Below are positions 20,256 through 29,203 of a stretch of 55,836 nt of DNA, piece by piece. Numbering within the stretch: the first letter of the stretch is position 1; the number at the start of each line of letters is the position of its first letter. The notes beneath the pieces are model-generated. The model searched no databases. It was given only the letters and a program-made list of their open reading frames with translations, and was not told the origin of the DNA. The position numbers and the translations under genes were made by a program. The stretch comes from a virus (lineage: Duplodnaviria > Caudoviricetes): positions 1-55,836 of IMG/VR virus record IMGVR_UViG_3300014962_000009, one strand, 5' to 3'.

Positions 20256-20557
20256 TAAATACCTGCCTGAACCAATTTCAAAGTAGCGCTGCCATCACCG
20301 CTGTTCACAAGAACCTTTATGCCGGTCACAGGGAATGCGTAATTTCCATCAGCATTTGCCGCTTGTGAGGCAACCGTCGGATGGGAGAACCAAGTTGAAA
20401 ACCCAACAGCCGGGTCATCAAAAGTATGCTGGACTGTGTAATTTACTGTGCCGGTAGCAATAACACCAAAGCCGACATTGAAGGGGCTGATATTGGTATT
20501 CATGACTAAAGCGGGACTAGAGCCGACACCAGTTTTGGATACGGTTTGTAACTTCAT
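20255..20557 (-). CDS. Small beta-rich structural protein
   Basis: 100 aa, NYTVQHTFDD motif. Confidence 0.6.
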   Translation of the reverse strand: MKLQTVSKTGVGSSPALVMNTNISPFNVGFGVIATGTVNYTVQHTFDDPAVGFSTWFSHPTVASQAANADGNYAFPVTGIKVLVNSGDGSATLKLVQAGI

Positions 20558-20572
20558 GTTTTATCCCCAATT

Positions 20573-20596
20573 AAAAAGAGGGGGCACGAAGCCCCC
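20573..20596 (-). terminator. Rho-independent terminator
   Basis: Minus strand GGGGGC-TTCGT-GCCCCC followed by TCTTTTT, just after the stop at 20602. Confidence 0.75.
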
Positions 20597-20601
20597 ACTT
20601 A

Positions 20602-21636
20602 TTAGCAACCGCCGCCGCGCTTCTTGCCGGGTGCGACTGTCACCGATTCTTTGGATTTAGTCACAGTTCCGGATTTTCCGCGAAGCTCATCAATGGCTTC
20701 TCCAAGCTTACGAGGAATCTTCCTAATGGTGCCAAGAGGATCCTTGAGAGCGCGCATGAATTGATCACGCGTATCTCGGTTTTCCTTCTCTTCATCCTCA
20801 TAAAACTTATCGTAAGCAGTTGCTTCAGCATCACCGCCACCAGCATATTTCTTAACCTTTCCACCCTTTTTAAAGGTACCGGAAAGTTGGTTAATACTCA
20901 CTGGCGTTGATGGGCGCTTACTCCCTTGTGGCATCTTGACGGCACGACCATCATCCTGCACGGCCCCACCGTCAGCATACTTTTTTGGAACACCGCCCTT
21001 CTTGTAGCCGCCAGCATTGCCTTTGATAACGCCGCCGGTTTTATAACCACCGCCGTTACCCATCTTCACGCCACCAGTTTTGGCAGGCGAAGAATCGCGT
21101 TTAGCAGTGTGCATCTTGGTCTCTGTGTAGCCCTCAGCGCCCTTTTTGGAAGCACTGACAGGAATGACGCTGCCGCCATCCTTATAGCCACCCTGACCCA
21201 TGGCAACGCCACCAGTCTTGAGACCTTTATGAGCTTTGGAAGCAGGCATTGACTCATGCTTCTTCAACTCTTTGGCAGTGCCCGCCATTTTCTTCATCTC
21301 GGCCATGTGCTCAGCCTTGCTTTCGCCGCCTTCTTTCATCATGGGGCGAACAGGCATACGAGATGCCATCATTGCCTTACGACGGGAAGCCAGAGAAGGC
21401 TTTTTAGGAGATGGGCCTGCTGGCATGGCTGCTGGCATTACTGCAGGCATTTTAGAAGGCATAGTTGCAGCAGGCATACTGCCTAGACCGCCCATCGCCA
21501 TTTTCTTGGCTTTGGTGGTCGAGCCGCCCTTTTTCATCGTTACCGCGCCGCCTTTTGCGAGTTTTAGCTCAACAGTAGGCTCTGTGGTCATCATTTTGAC
21601 CATTGGTTTGAATTGGCCCATGATGTGCCCTATCAA
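20602..21636 (-). CDS. Basic, low-complexity protein with 11 strict [MLFY][AK]xGG motifs (putative internal head protein)
   Basis: LAKGG, MKKGG, MAMGG, MKEGG, LKTGG, YKDGG, YKTGG, YKKGG, YADGG, FKKGG, YAGGG. Confidence 0.65.
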   Translation of the reverse strand: MIGHIMGQFKPMVKMMTTEPTVELKLAKGGAVTMKKGGSTTKAKKMAMGGLGSMPAATMPSKMPAVMPAAMPAGPSPKKPSLASRRKAMMASRMPVRPMMKEGGESKAEHMAEMKKMAGTAKELKKHESMPASKAHKGLKTGGVAMGQGGYKDGGSVIPVSASKKGAEGYTETKMHTAKRDSSPAKTGGVKMGNGGGYKTGGVIKGNAGGYKKGGVPKKYADGGAVQDDGRAVKMPQGSKRPSTPVSINQLSGTFKKGGKVKKYAGGGDAEATAYDKFYEDEEKENRDTRDQFMRALKDPLGTIRKIPRKLGEAIDELRGKSGTVTKSKESVTVAPGKKRGGGC

Positions 21637-22082
21637 CCTTTCTGAGCGTATACCACGGTAAAGCGGTAAATGCCCTGAGTCGTTACGATAGTGCCGTCTG
21701 GATCAACTGTGAGGAAAACACTGGTATTGGAACCAACATTCGCCATCGCGGCCAATTGTGCGGCAGTGAAAGACAGCGCTGCACGACCACCACCGATGAC
21801 ATCCGTTGCAGACACATATTGTGTGCCTGCAGCAGCAGTGCCAACGGTTGCATTGATCGCAGTAGCAGTACCACCACCAACCGACTCATTTTGAACCTGA
21901 TCAATGATCAGATCAATGATTTGAGAATTTGCTGGAATGGTGACACTGGTGCTAGAGGCGGTGCCGTCTGCGTTTGTAGTTACGGTACTTGTCTGCATCA
22001 AAACGACGAAGCCGCCGTCAGTAGAGTCAGTCAACGTGCCAGAACCGGATCGCAGAGCAGAACCGAAATAAGTTTGTGCCAT
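21633..22082 (-). CDS. Capsid-associated/decoration protein
   Basis: 149 aa, IPANSQIID motif, near the capsid gene. Confidence 0.55.
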   Translation of the reverse strand: MAQTYFGSALRSGSGTLTDSTDGGFVVLMQTSTVTTNADGTASSTSVTIPANSQIIDLIIDQVQNESVGGGTATAINATVGTAAAGTQYVSATDVIGGGRAALSFTAAQLAAMANVGSNTSVFLTVDPDGTIVTTQGIYRFTVVYAQKG

Positions 22083-22095
22083 TTCGTTCTCCTAG

Positions 22096-22758
22096 TTAGG
22101 ATTTCAGGTATTTAATTGCAGATTCCAAAATGCTCACGTCATCACAAAACAGACCGAGGCCTCGATTGCACTTTGTACATATCAATCCTCTCGCATTTCC
22201 AGTTTTATGACAATGATCCACAGGCATTGAGATTACCTTGCCTTTGATAACAGACTTTTCGGACTGTTTACAAATAGCGCAAACATTATTTTGCTCGGAA
22301 AGTTTTTTGCTATACCACTCAAAAGTAACTCCATACCGTTTTTTCAAATACCTATCAGCATAATATTCAGGATTTGCTGCTCTGGCATGTTTATGCCACT
22401 CCTTCATATATTGCTTACGGTCTTGACTTGCGGAACGAGTTTCTTTCCAATAAAAATTATTTACGCCCCAAGGTTTTGTTGGGTCTGACCGTTGCGCTCG
22501 ACTATTTGCAGGTTTTTCTGGAACATCTTTTGCGAAATTCCAAAAATTACTTGCCCAAGAATCTTGCATATTCTGTTGATGGTATCTACACAGATTGCAC
22601 CAAGCTTTGTAAGCCGGGTGCTTTCTACGATTCCCCCAATCATCAGGTCTGGTCTCCCCAACATCTCCATGCCTTTTTACCCTCATGTAATGCTTTTGGC
22701 ATAAGCCTTTGGCAGTTACAGGCTGAGAGCAATTGTGAACGTGGCATTTTTCCGGCAT
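22096..22758 (-). mobile_element. Free-standing homing endonuclease, endonuclease VII-like domain
   Basis: QNNVCAICK...VDHCHKTGNARGLICTKCNRGLG plus an N-terminal C..C...GLC.KHY.R Zn motif. AT-richer than its neighbours and inserted right after the capsid gene. Confidence 0.85.
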
Positions 22759-22788
22759 CGGTAATCTCCTTAATGATTTTCATCTTGG

Positions 22789-22816
22789 ATTTTACCGATT
22801 GCCGTTAATCTGTCAA
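22789..22816 (-). promoter_or_regulatory. Sigma70-like promoter overlapping an RBS-sequestering hairpin of the endonuclease
   Basis: TTGACA-16 bp-TAAAAT; inverted repeat ATCGGTAA/TTACCGAT at 22757-22764 and 22792-22799. Confidence 0.5.
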
Positions 22817-22817
22817 C

Positions 22818-23732
22818 CTACACGCCCGGAGTTCCGTACATTGCACGCCAGTCGGTGAAGCCGACATCGTAACGCTCAGTGGCCTTGTAGCGCATTGAGT
22901 CAGTCTCGAAGTCCCCTTCCATGGTTTTCTCCAGCTTACGGCGCATCAGAAGCTTCATGCCTTCTGGTGCATCGGTCTGAACCCACCATGCGGTCGCAGA
23001 AGTCAGACGCGACAGAACTGCAGCGCCTTCGTCCAGCAGGCCAATCGACTTGATTGGGTTGATGTCGTTGTTAGCGTTGCCGCTACGGAGAACCGACTTC
23101 AGCAGAACTTCAGCTTGGAAGATATTGCCGGGTGCAACCACCAGTTGGCGGGGAACCAGACGAATCTTCTTGCCGTTGTTGTCCACAGCTTGACGGATCT
23201 GGATAAGCATCTGCTCAAGCGAGGTCTGCGACAGGTTGGCTGCTGTTGCCAGCAGGTTGGATGCCGTGCCGTTGACGATTGGGTGCGAAGCCGAGTTCAG
23301 TTGCACACCGTCGCCGCCGGGGTAAGCCGAGTTGAAAGCGCGGTTCAGCACGTTGGCCGACAGTGTTTCTTTGGTCTCAATCAGCGACTGAGCCAAATGA
23401 CGGGCATACACCTGACCGATACGGATATGGTCGCCGTCTTCTACCAGAACTTTGGTCAGGGCAAATGCCAGACCATAGACAGAGTAGACGTAGCGCTTAA
23501 GGAACAGCACACCACCCTGCTGATACGATACTGGCGTACCGTCAGGCAGTTGTGGAGCCGCGCCAAAGCCGTACAGAACTGGCTCTTCGTGGTAGTTACG
23601 TGGGATACCTTCTTGCTCACGGAATACGCGAGACCATTCATCAGTACGTTGATCGTAGACACCATCAAAGCATTCATTCAGGATGGGTTCGACAATGCTA
23701 CGAAAGTCGGTACTTCTCATTGGAGCTGCCAT
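22818..23732 (-). CDS. Major capsid protein (HK97 fold)
   Basis: 304 aa: EE..L.GFG.A, ARHLAQSLIETKE..ANVLN, DGV.L.S..HP, EGDFETDSMRYKATERY..G..DWR..YG. Confidence 0.88.
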   Translation of the reverse strand: MAAPMRSTDFRSIVEPILNECFDGVYDQRTDEWSRVFREQEGIPRNYHEEPVLYGFGAAPQLPDGTPVSYQQGGVLFLKRYVYSVYGLAFALTKVLVEDGDHIRIGQVYARHLAQSLIETKETLSANVLNRAFNSAYPGGDGVQLNSASHPIVNGTASNLLATAANLSQTSLEQMLIQIRQAVDNNGKKIRLVPRQLVVAPGNIFQAEVLLKSVLRSGNANNDINPIKSIGLLDEGAAVLSRLTSATAWWVQTDAPEGMKLLMRRKLEKTMEGDFETDSMRYKATERYDVGFTDWRAMYGTPGV

Positions 23733-23748
23733 GGTTCACTCCTCCTTA

Positions 23749-24324
23749 TTAGATGGCGGTGCCAGCAGCAGGAGCAAACTGGTACTCGCTGATGTTGGCG
23801 CGGACGATCACATACGAATCGCCCCAAGCGTTATCGGAATACGGAGCAATGTCAATAATGCGCATTTGAGCGCTATTGCCAGCACCAACCAGAGATGTGG
23901 AAAGAGTCGCCTGAGAAAGACCGGTGACGTTCGATCCAGCAGTAGTGTTTGAAAGATCAGCCTCGTCACCAATAGCCGATTGGGCCAAGGTGCCGTCAGA
24001 TTGAATTTCATACACGATGTTTTGATCAGCGTAGAAGTACGCAATGCAAGAACCAGTCTGGTATGCAGTGTTTGCAGGCCAATAGTTCGAGACACGGCGA
24101 CGACCAGTGGTGTCAGTCCATTCCACACCAGCAAATGCGCCAACAAAGGCATCACCGGCTGCTGCAGGTTGAATAGTGCCACCAGTGACATACTTCACAG
24201 GTTGACCCTTGAGAATATCGGCGTTGTAAGCCGATGCAATACCGCCAGCCAGAGCTTGAGCGCGATCCAGACCCGAAGGATGAAACGCAGGGCGCAGGCC
24301 GAACGGAGCATTAGTGCTAGACAT
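23749..24324 (-). CDS. Capsid stabilising/minor capsid protein
   Basis: NAPFGLRP N-terminus, directly upstream of the capsid gene. Confidence 0.65.
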   Translation of the reverse strand: MSSTNAPFGLRPAFHPSGLDRAQALAGGIASAYNADILKGQPVKYVTGGTIQPAAAGDAFVGAFAGVEWTDTTGRRRVSNYWPANTAYQTGSCIAYFYADQNIVYEIQSDGTLAQSAIGDEADLSNTTAGSNVTGLSQATLSTSLVGAGNSAQMRIIDIAPYSDNAWGDSYVIVRANISEYQFAPAAGTAI

Positions 24325-24353
24325 AATTGACTCCTATCAGTTTAACAAGTGCC

Positions 24354-24893
24354 TTAACCGGCGAATGACGGTGCAGGCAACGGTTTGTCCAGTTGCTCAA
24401 TGCCCTCACCCTCAACTCGTCCAAGCGTCTTGCCTGAACTATCGCGGCCTTGGATGTTTTCTGCTTGCATTCGGATCTTGTTGGCTTCCTCAAGAGGGGC
24501 CTCGTGGTGGAAATGTGCCATGATGTCTTGGTACATATCCATCGGGATCTTAAACAGCAGCATCTCATTACACGCGATATAACCAGTATGTTCGCCAGCC
24601 TTTACACGGTAATTCTCAAACCCCCTTACATCCTGCTCCATCACAGGGACATAACCGAGGCGAATCCGTTTGTCGATGCTGTCGTAACTATTGGTTGTCG
24701 ATAACCAGCAAACATGCCAGCCGGGAATAACGGGAGCATTTGGCAATGCGCTTTGTGTCCATTCATCCTTCCACATCTTTCGACGTTCATCAGAAGACAC
24801 AAATGTTTCCTCCGGTGCCTCACGAACCGAGTCGTGACTAGCGCGAGATTCGCGCCCACCTGCAGAGAGAGATTTTTTCAGACGAGAATCCAT
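24354..24893 (-). CDS. Conserved head-region protein
   Basis: P.IPGWHVCWLS...GY.PV...LLFKIP. Confidence 0.6.
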   Translation of the reverse strand: MDSRLKKSLSAGGRESRASHDSVREAPEETFVSSDERRKMWKDEWTQSALPNAPVIPGWHVCWLSTTNSYDSIDKRIRLGYVPVMEQDVRGFENYRVKAGEHTGYIACNEMLLFKIPMDMYQDIMAHFHHEAPLEEANKIRMQAENIQGRDSSGKTLGRVEGEGIEQLDKPLPAPSFAG

Positions 24894-24895
24894 GA

Positions 24896-25906
24896 TTAGT
24901 TCCTTCCTTGACGGTTGCGGGCTTCCATTGCATAGCGTTTGATCATGCGGTTACGTTTCTCAGAATCGTCCCACATGCCTGCATCTTTCATAGCCCGAAC
25001 TTGTTCCGGGGTGAGGGTAAAGGTACTTCTTGAACCCCCGCTATTACTCGATGCAACCTCACGACCACTGCTAGTTACCACGCTCCGAGGACGACGCTGT
25101 GCCGGTTTCTCGTTGCTGCGATCATTGTAGCGGTTCGGTAGCCTTTCTGACAAGCGATTGTCAAGCTCATCCCAATAATCAGGAGTTGCCGGATCCCAAC
25201 CTTCTTCGGCCATGGCCTGATCGATGGTCAGAGCGATTTTGGAATCAATGTCACCACCCTGCGGGTCGTACCAAGGATTACTCTCAAGCCAGCGGGAGGC
25301 ATGTCGCTGAATACGGGGATCCTGCTGGATCGTCTGCGGGCGCTCAGGCTGAACCATGCGCTGTTTGTACGATGCCAGATCCTCTGCCTTGCGGCGGGCC
25401 TCAAACCACATCTCTTGAGCAGAAGTCAGCAACGTGCCGTCACCCATTGATGTGGCTTCGGCAATCTTCCGCTTGGCAAACTCAATCCGGTTGTGCTGAT
25501 CTTCAATCGCTTTATCCAGCCGAGCCAACTCGCTACCGGCTGTTTTCTTTTCAATAACAGAGAGGCGTTCTAGAAGCTCTTGGTTCTGGCGCTGCAGGTT
25601 TTGCAGGCGAACATCCTTCTCTACTTGGTTTTGGCGGTGGTATTCCTTACGAGCTTTACGCTTTGCCCGCTTGGCGGCACGTATGCGCTCTTGGTCGGGA
25701 TCTACCTCGCCGTTTGCTTCGATCTCAGCCGCTTGTGCAGCCTCGTCGTCTTCGTCTGAGCCATGATCGTCATCAACGGAACCACCTTGTCTAAGTTCAG
25801 GATCATCGCCCTCCATACCCTCAGGCAAGGTCACGGTTGCAGAACCGTCTTGCCCTTCGTTAATAAGCAGATCAGGCGTCTGCTTGTCAGTTGCGTCAGT
25901 AGCCAT
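24896..25906 (-). CDS. Capsid scaffolding protein
   Basis: Acidic N-terminus, coiled coil, W...NPWY and LTPEQV..MK..G C-terminus; lies between portal and capsid. Confidence 0.7.
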   Translation of the reverse strand: MATDATDKQTPDLLINEGQDGSATVTLPEGMEGDDPELRQGGSVDDDHGSDEDDEAAQAAEIEANGEVDPDQERIRAAKRAKRKARKEYHRQNQVEKDVRLQNLQRQNQELLERLSVIEKKTAGSELARLDKAIEDQHNRIEFAKRKIAEATSMGDGTLLTSAQEMWFEARRKAEDLASYKQRMVQPERPQTIQQDPRIQRHASRWLESNPWYDPQGGDIDSKIALTIDQAMAEEGWDPATPDYWDELDNRLSERLPNRYNDRSNEKPAQRRPRSVVTSSGREVASSNSGGSRSTFTLTPEQVRAMKDAGMWDDSEKRNRMIKRYAMEARNRQGRN

Positions 25907-25915
25907 TGTTACTCC

Positions 25916-26353
25916 TTAGATAAAAGCCCGCATTTCCAGCGGATCACCAGTGACTCGTGCAATAAGCTCATGGTCGTTAAGAATCATGAATAGCGCGGGA
26001 TCTTCGTAATCCTCGTCGCCGGGAACAGGCACTTCCCAACGGTCGCCACCCCACTTCGGGACACGAATGTAATCACCCACTTGAGCCCATGCGCCTTCAG
26101 GCCACGGCTCCATCGTGTCGCGCTTCTTAAATGCCAGAGGGCCGATCATCAGCACCTTGGCTACCATGTTGTTCCACTTCTCGGTCTCTTTGGTTTCTTC
26201 AACCAAGATAATCCCGGCACTGGTTGCTTTCTTCTTGGTACGACGCAGTTGCACCAAAATCCTTGCTCCAAGAGGTTCAGCACCGGGATTAACGCTCGGG
26301 AATGCCCAAGCTAATTCAGCTTCGTTAGAAGCTACCGGTTCATTCATGTTCAT
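25916..26353 (-). CDS. GroES-like co-chaperonin
   Basis: PLGARILV...TSAGIIL...VL.IGP.A...VGD.I...KWGG...LND.EL. Confidence 0.85.
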   Translation of the reverse strand: MNMNEPVASNEAELAWAFPSVNPGAEPLGARILVQLRRTKKKATSAGIILVEETKETEKWNNMVAKVLMIGPLAFKKRDTMEPWPEGAWAQVGDYIRVPKWGGDRWEVPVPGDEDYEDPALFMILNDHELIARVTGDPLEMRAFI

Positions 26354-26525
26354 CCTGTTCCCTTAATAGATTGTTAAGTATTTCAAGGGCATATTCCAGC
26401 CCCTGATATTGGCCGACGAGCCTCTGATATGTCTCAAAGTTGACGCAGTTACCTGCGGCTAACGATGCGGCAATCTCATGCTGACGCGCTTTTACAGCGC
26501 CAATAAAGTCGCTTTCGTACCTCAT
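26340..26525 (-). CDS. Small conserved head-region protein
   Basis: LAAG....FE.YQRLVG.YQGL. Confidence 0.65.
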   Translation of the reverse strand: MRYESDFIGAVKARQHEIAASLAAGNCVNFETYQRLVGQYQGLEYALEILNNLLREQDEHE

Positions 26526-26704
26526 GCGTTTGATTTATCTATGCCTTTCGTACCCCCTTCAAAGTTGCCGTGATCGGAATTGGCTTTCGGCTGAGTAGCC
26601 GAGCCCTGCTCTTGGTACTCTTGACCAGTGATCCACGCACCAGCCGCATTGCGGTGTTGCTGACGCACTGCTTCAGATTGCTCTTCTTTCAAAGTAACGG
26701 CCAT
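26522..26704 (-). CDS. Hypothetical protein
   Basis: 60 aa, RBS AGGAG, coupled to its neighbours. Confidence 0.5.
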   Translation of the reverse strand: MAVTLKEEQSEAVRQQHRNAAGAWITGQEYQEQGSATQPKANSDHGNFEGGTKGIDKSNA

Positions 26705-26705
26705 G

Positions 26706-29192
26706 TCAAACTCCTAAGTTGCGTTGTGCTGCTTCCTGCAGCGATAGGGCAGTCTCCTGCTGTTCCTTCTGTAATTGAACACCGTCAACCGTAATTTCAG
26801 CAGCTTTCATGCGCTCTTTCGTCAGGTTGTTTTCTGTGTTCATCGCAATATCAGCCTGCAACTTCTGATTCTGCATCTGAATATCAGCCTGATCACGCAT
26901 CTGACGGCGTTGAGTTTCAGCCATCGATGCCTGCAGCACTGCCTGAGATTCAGGATCAGACATCTGCTGCGATTGCTTCTGCTGCTGAACCATTTGAGCC
27001 ACCGTCTGACCCAACTGCTGCAGAGCAGGCATTACCTTCTCAAAGACCTTCTGCGTATCCATCTTGACGTGCTCAGAGGCAACGGCAATCGTCTGGTCAA
27101 TCGGTTTGGTCATGCCGCGATCATCGTATTTGTTCAGATCAAGGCCCGTATCAGCCACGGCATACTGCGTCATCTGATCTTTGTACCAAAGCACCATGTG
27201 CTGCTTGATATGCTCCATCTCTTGCGGCAAACAGGCCATAGCCACAATCGGATTACTACCCAAGGTAGGATCCAGAGCAAAGTTCAGGTGGCTCATAATA
27301 TGAGCTAGGTGATCTTGACCGGGATAAGCAAAGGCAGGCTTGCCAAGTGCCATCGACATGTTCTCGTCAATCGCATTCATCTCACCCGGCTTGATTGCGG
27401 CAGGCATCAACTCGGCAATATTCGGCACCTTCATCTGCTTTAGGAACCGGGAAACCACCGCACGGCGGTCAAACAGGTCAGGATTCTCAGTAGCAAGCTG
27501 TTTTACGGCCTGCATCTGCGCAATACGCTGCGTTTCGCTGAAAATATGGGGATCGGATACCGGAACAACGTCAGAATTGCGCTCAAAGTCTGAGTTTTCC
27601 ACAGGCAAATCAGCAACAACGTCGCCTTTTAACTGCTCGTCCAGATACCAGCGGTTAATTCGGCCCAAAATCATCAAAACACGCTTCTGAGACTCATGTA
27701 AACGAGCATGAATGCCAGAAAATACCGCCGCGCCTTGCTCAATCAGCGCCTGAGTCGTACCAACAGGCATATTTGAGTTCACATCGGCAATTTTTTCCTC
27801 TGCCGTGGTCACTACACCCTTAGCTTGCGTGGTCAACCAGCCCAAAAGCTCGAACAAAACCGGGCTCGGAGGGTTAAATGGCAGCGGCATAGCGATCTTG
27901 CGGACATCATCCACGCCCGGAGCGCCCTCAATCTCAATTACCTGAGTCACATCGATCTGATCAGACTGGCCAGAGATCTTTCCGCCCTTCAGTTTCATCA
28001 TCGTGGCGGAGTTATTGATGTGCGCTGTGTCCAAAAGCGCCCGCAAAGCACCCGTCAGAGCTGCAGACATGCCGCCAATGATGTGAGGCAGGCCAACAGC
28101 GTAGGCTCCACGCCATGGGATGAACTTAAACTCAACGATCCAGTCCAACTTGGTCATCGTTTCGTCGCCATCTTCCCAATTACGGTACAGGCCCAAGAGC
28201 TCATGATCCTGCCCATCAATCATCATGATGTACGGGGCCATCTCTCCCTTGCTGTATTCGTCATCCTCAAGCTCTAGCCATGTGTAAACGTGGTAGATGT
28301 TGCGCAGGCCGTCTATGTTGTCGCTCATAGACCGGCCTTCGATCTTGTCGTTGGCCTTCTGTGGGCCGCTCTGCTCAGGCTCCAGCGTCGATCTGATGAA
28401 CGTCACGTCCCGATACAGACCACGGTCAATCCGCTGCCTATATTCAAAGTCAGTGATCTCATGCACCTCAGTCACGCGCTGAGCGGTGTAGAAGTTACCG
28501 GCAGCAAACGGAAGGTAAATATTGTCGATGGGAACGAACTCAGCACAGGGGCGACGCTTCTTCTCGTCGTACCACATCTTCAGGTACTGAGATCCACCCA
28601 GCGGAAGCTGAGTCAGCATCTGTTCCTGCTCGTCGCGGTACTCTTCGATCTGCTCAGTGAGCTGCCAGTTCATGTAGTCGCGCTTGCGCTCAGCCACTTC
28701 AGTCTTCTCAGGCGTTACCTCACCCAGAATCTTGGTGCGGGTTGGGCCATCAGGCGGGAACAGTTCTTTGATCGCACGGGAAGCGAAGTCGATACAGGTC
28801 TCGACCATGATCGGATGCACGACCTTCGAGGCACCATTGAAGTTAGCGCCACCCGGAGAGTCGTTACCCATACCAGTACGGCGCAGGCCTTCCTCGTACT
28901 GCTTATCGCGGCCCTTGCGGTCTTCCTTATCCTTCTCAATCAGATCCAGATAGCGCATGGCAATCGAATCCAAGTCCATCGGATTGAATACATCAGCAAG
29001 GTTTTGATAGAAGTCCTCGTCCTCAGCAGGCGTCTTAAACTCCTTGTCCATGTTTACCACGACCGAACCGTCAGGCAGCTCTTCTAGCTCCTCGTCCTCA
29101 AGATCAAGATCGATCTCAGCCCCGCCATCAGGCATCTCTTTCAAACCGTTGATGAAGCGCCCAAACTCAGGGTCAACAGGCATTTCAGGCAT
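26706..29192 (-). CDS. Portal protein
   Basis: 828 aa: GASKVVHP, ELFP..GP, MNWQL, LPLGGS..K..YD, PVGTT.ALIE, PVSDP.IFS..QR, DH.AH. Confidence 0.88.
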   Translation of the reverse strand: MPEMPVDPEFGRFINGLKEMPDGGAEIDLDLEDEELEELPDGSVVVNMDKEFKTPAEDEDFYQNLADVFNPMDLDSIAMRYLDLIEKDKEDRKGRDKQYEEGLRRTGMGNDSPGGANFNGASKVVHPIMVETCIDFASRAIKELFPPDGPTRTKILGEVTPEKTEVAERKRDYMNWQLTEQIEEYRDEQEQMLTQLPLGGSQYLKMWYDEKKRRPCAEFVPIDNIYLPFAAGNFYTAQRVTEVHEITDFEYRQRIDRGLYRDVTFIRSTLEPEQSGPQKANDKIEGRSMSDNIDGLRNIYHVYTWLELEDDEYSKGEMAPYIMMIDGQDHELLGLYRNWEDGDETMTKLDWIVEFKFIPWRGAYAVGLPHIIGGMSAALTGALRALLDTAHINNSATMMKLKGGKISGQSDQIDVTQVIEIEGAPGVDDVRKIAMPLPFNPPSPVLFELLGWLTTQAKGVVTTAEEKIADVNSNMPVGTTQALIEQGAAVFSGIHARLHESQKRVLMILGRINRWYLDEQLKGDVVADLPVENSDFERNSDVVPVSDPHIFSETQRIAQMQAVKQLATENPDLFDRRAVVSRFLKQMKVPNIAELMPAAIKPGEMNAIDENMSMALGKPAFAYPGQDHLAHIMSHLNFALDPTLGSNPIVAMACLPQEMEHIKQHMVLWYKDQMTQYAVADTGLDLNKYDDRGMTKPIDQTIAVASEHVKMDTQKVFEKVMPALQQLGQTVAQMVQQQKQSQQMSDPESQAVLQASMAETQRRQMRDQADIQMQNQKLQADIAMNTENNLTKERMKAAEITVDGVQLQKEQQETALSLQEAAQRNLGV

Positions 29193-29203
29193 GATCGTTT
29201 CCT

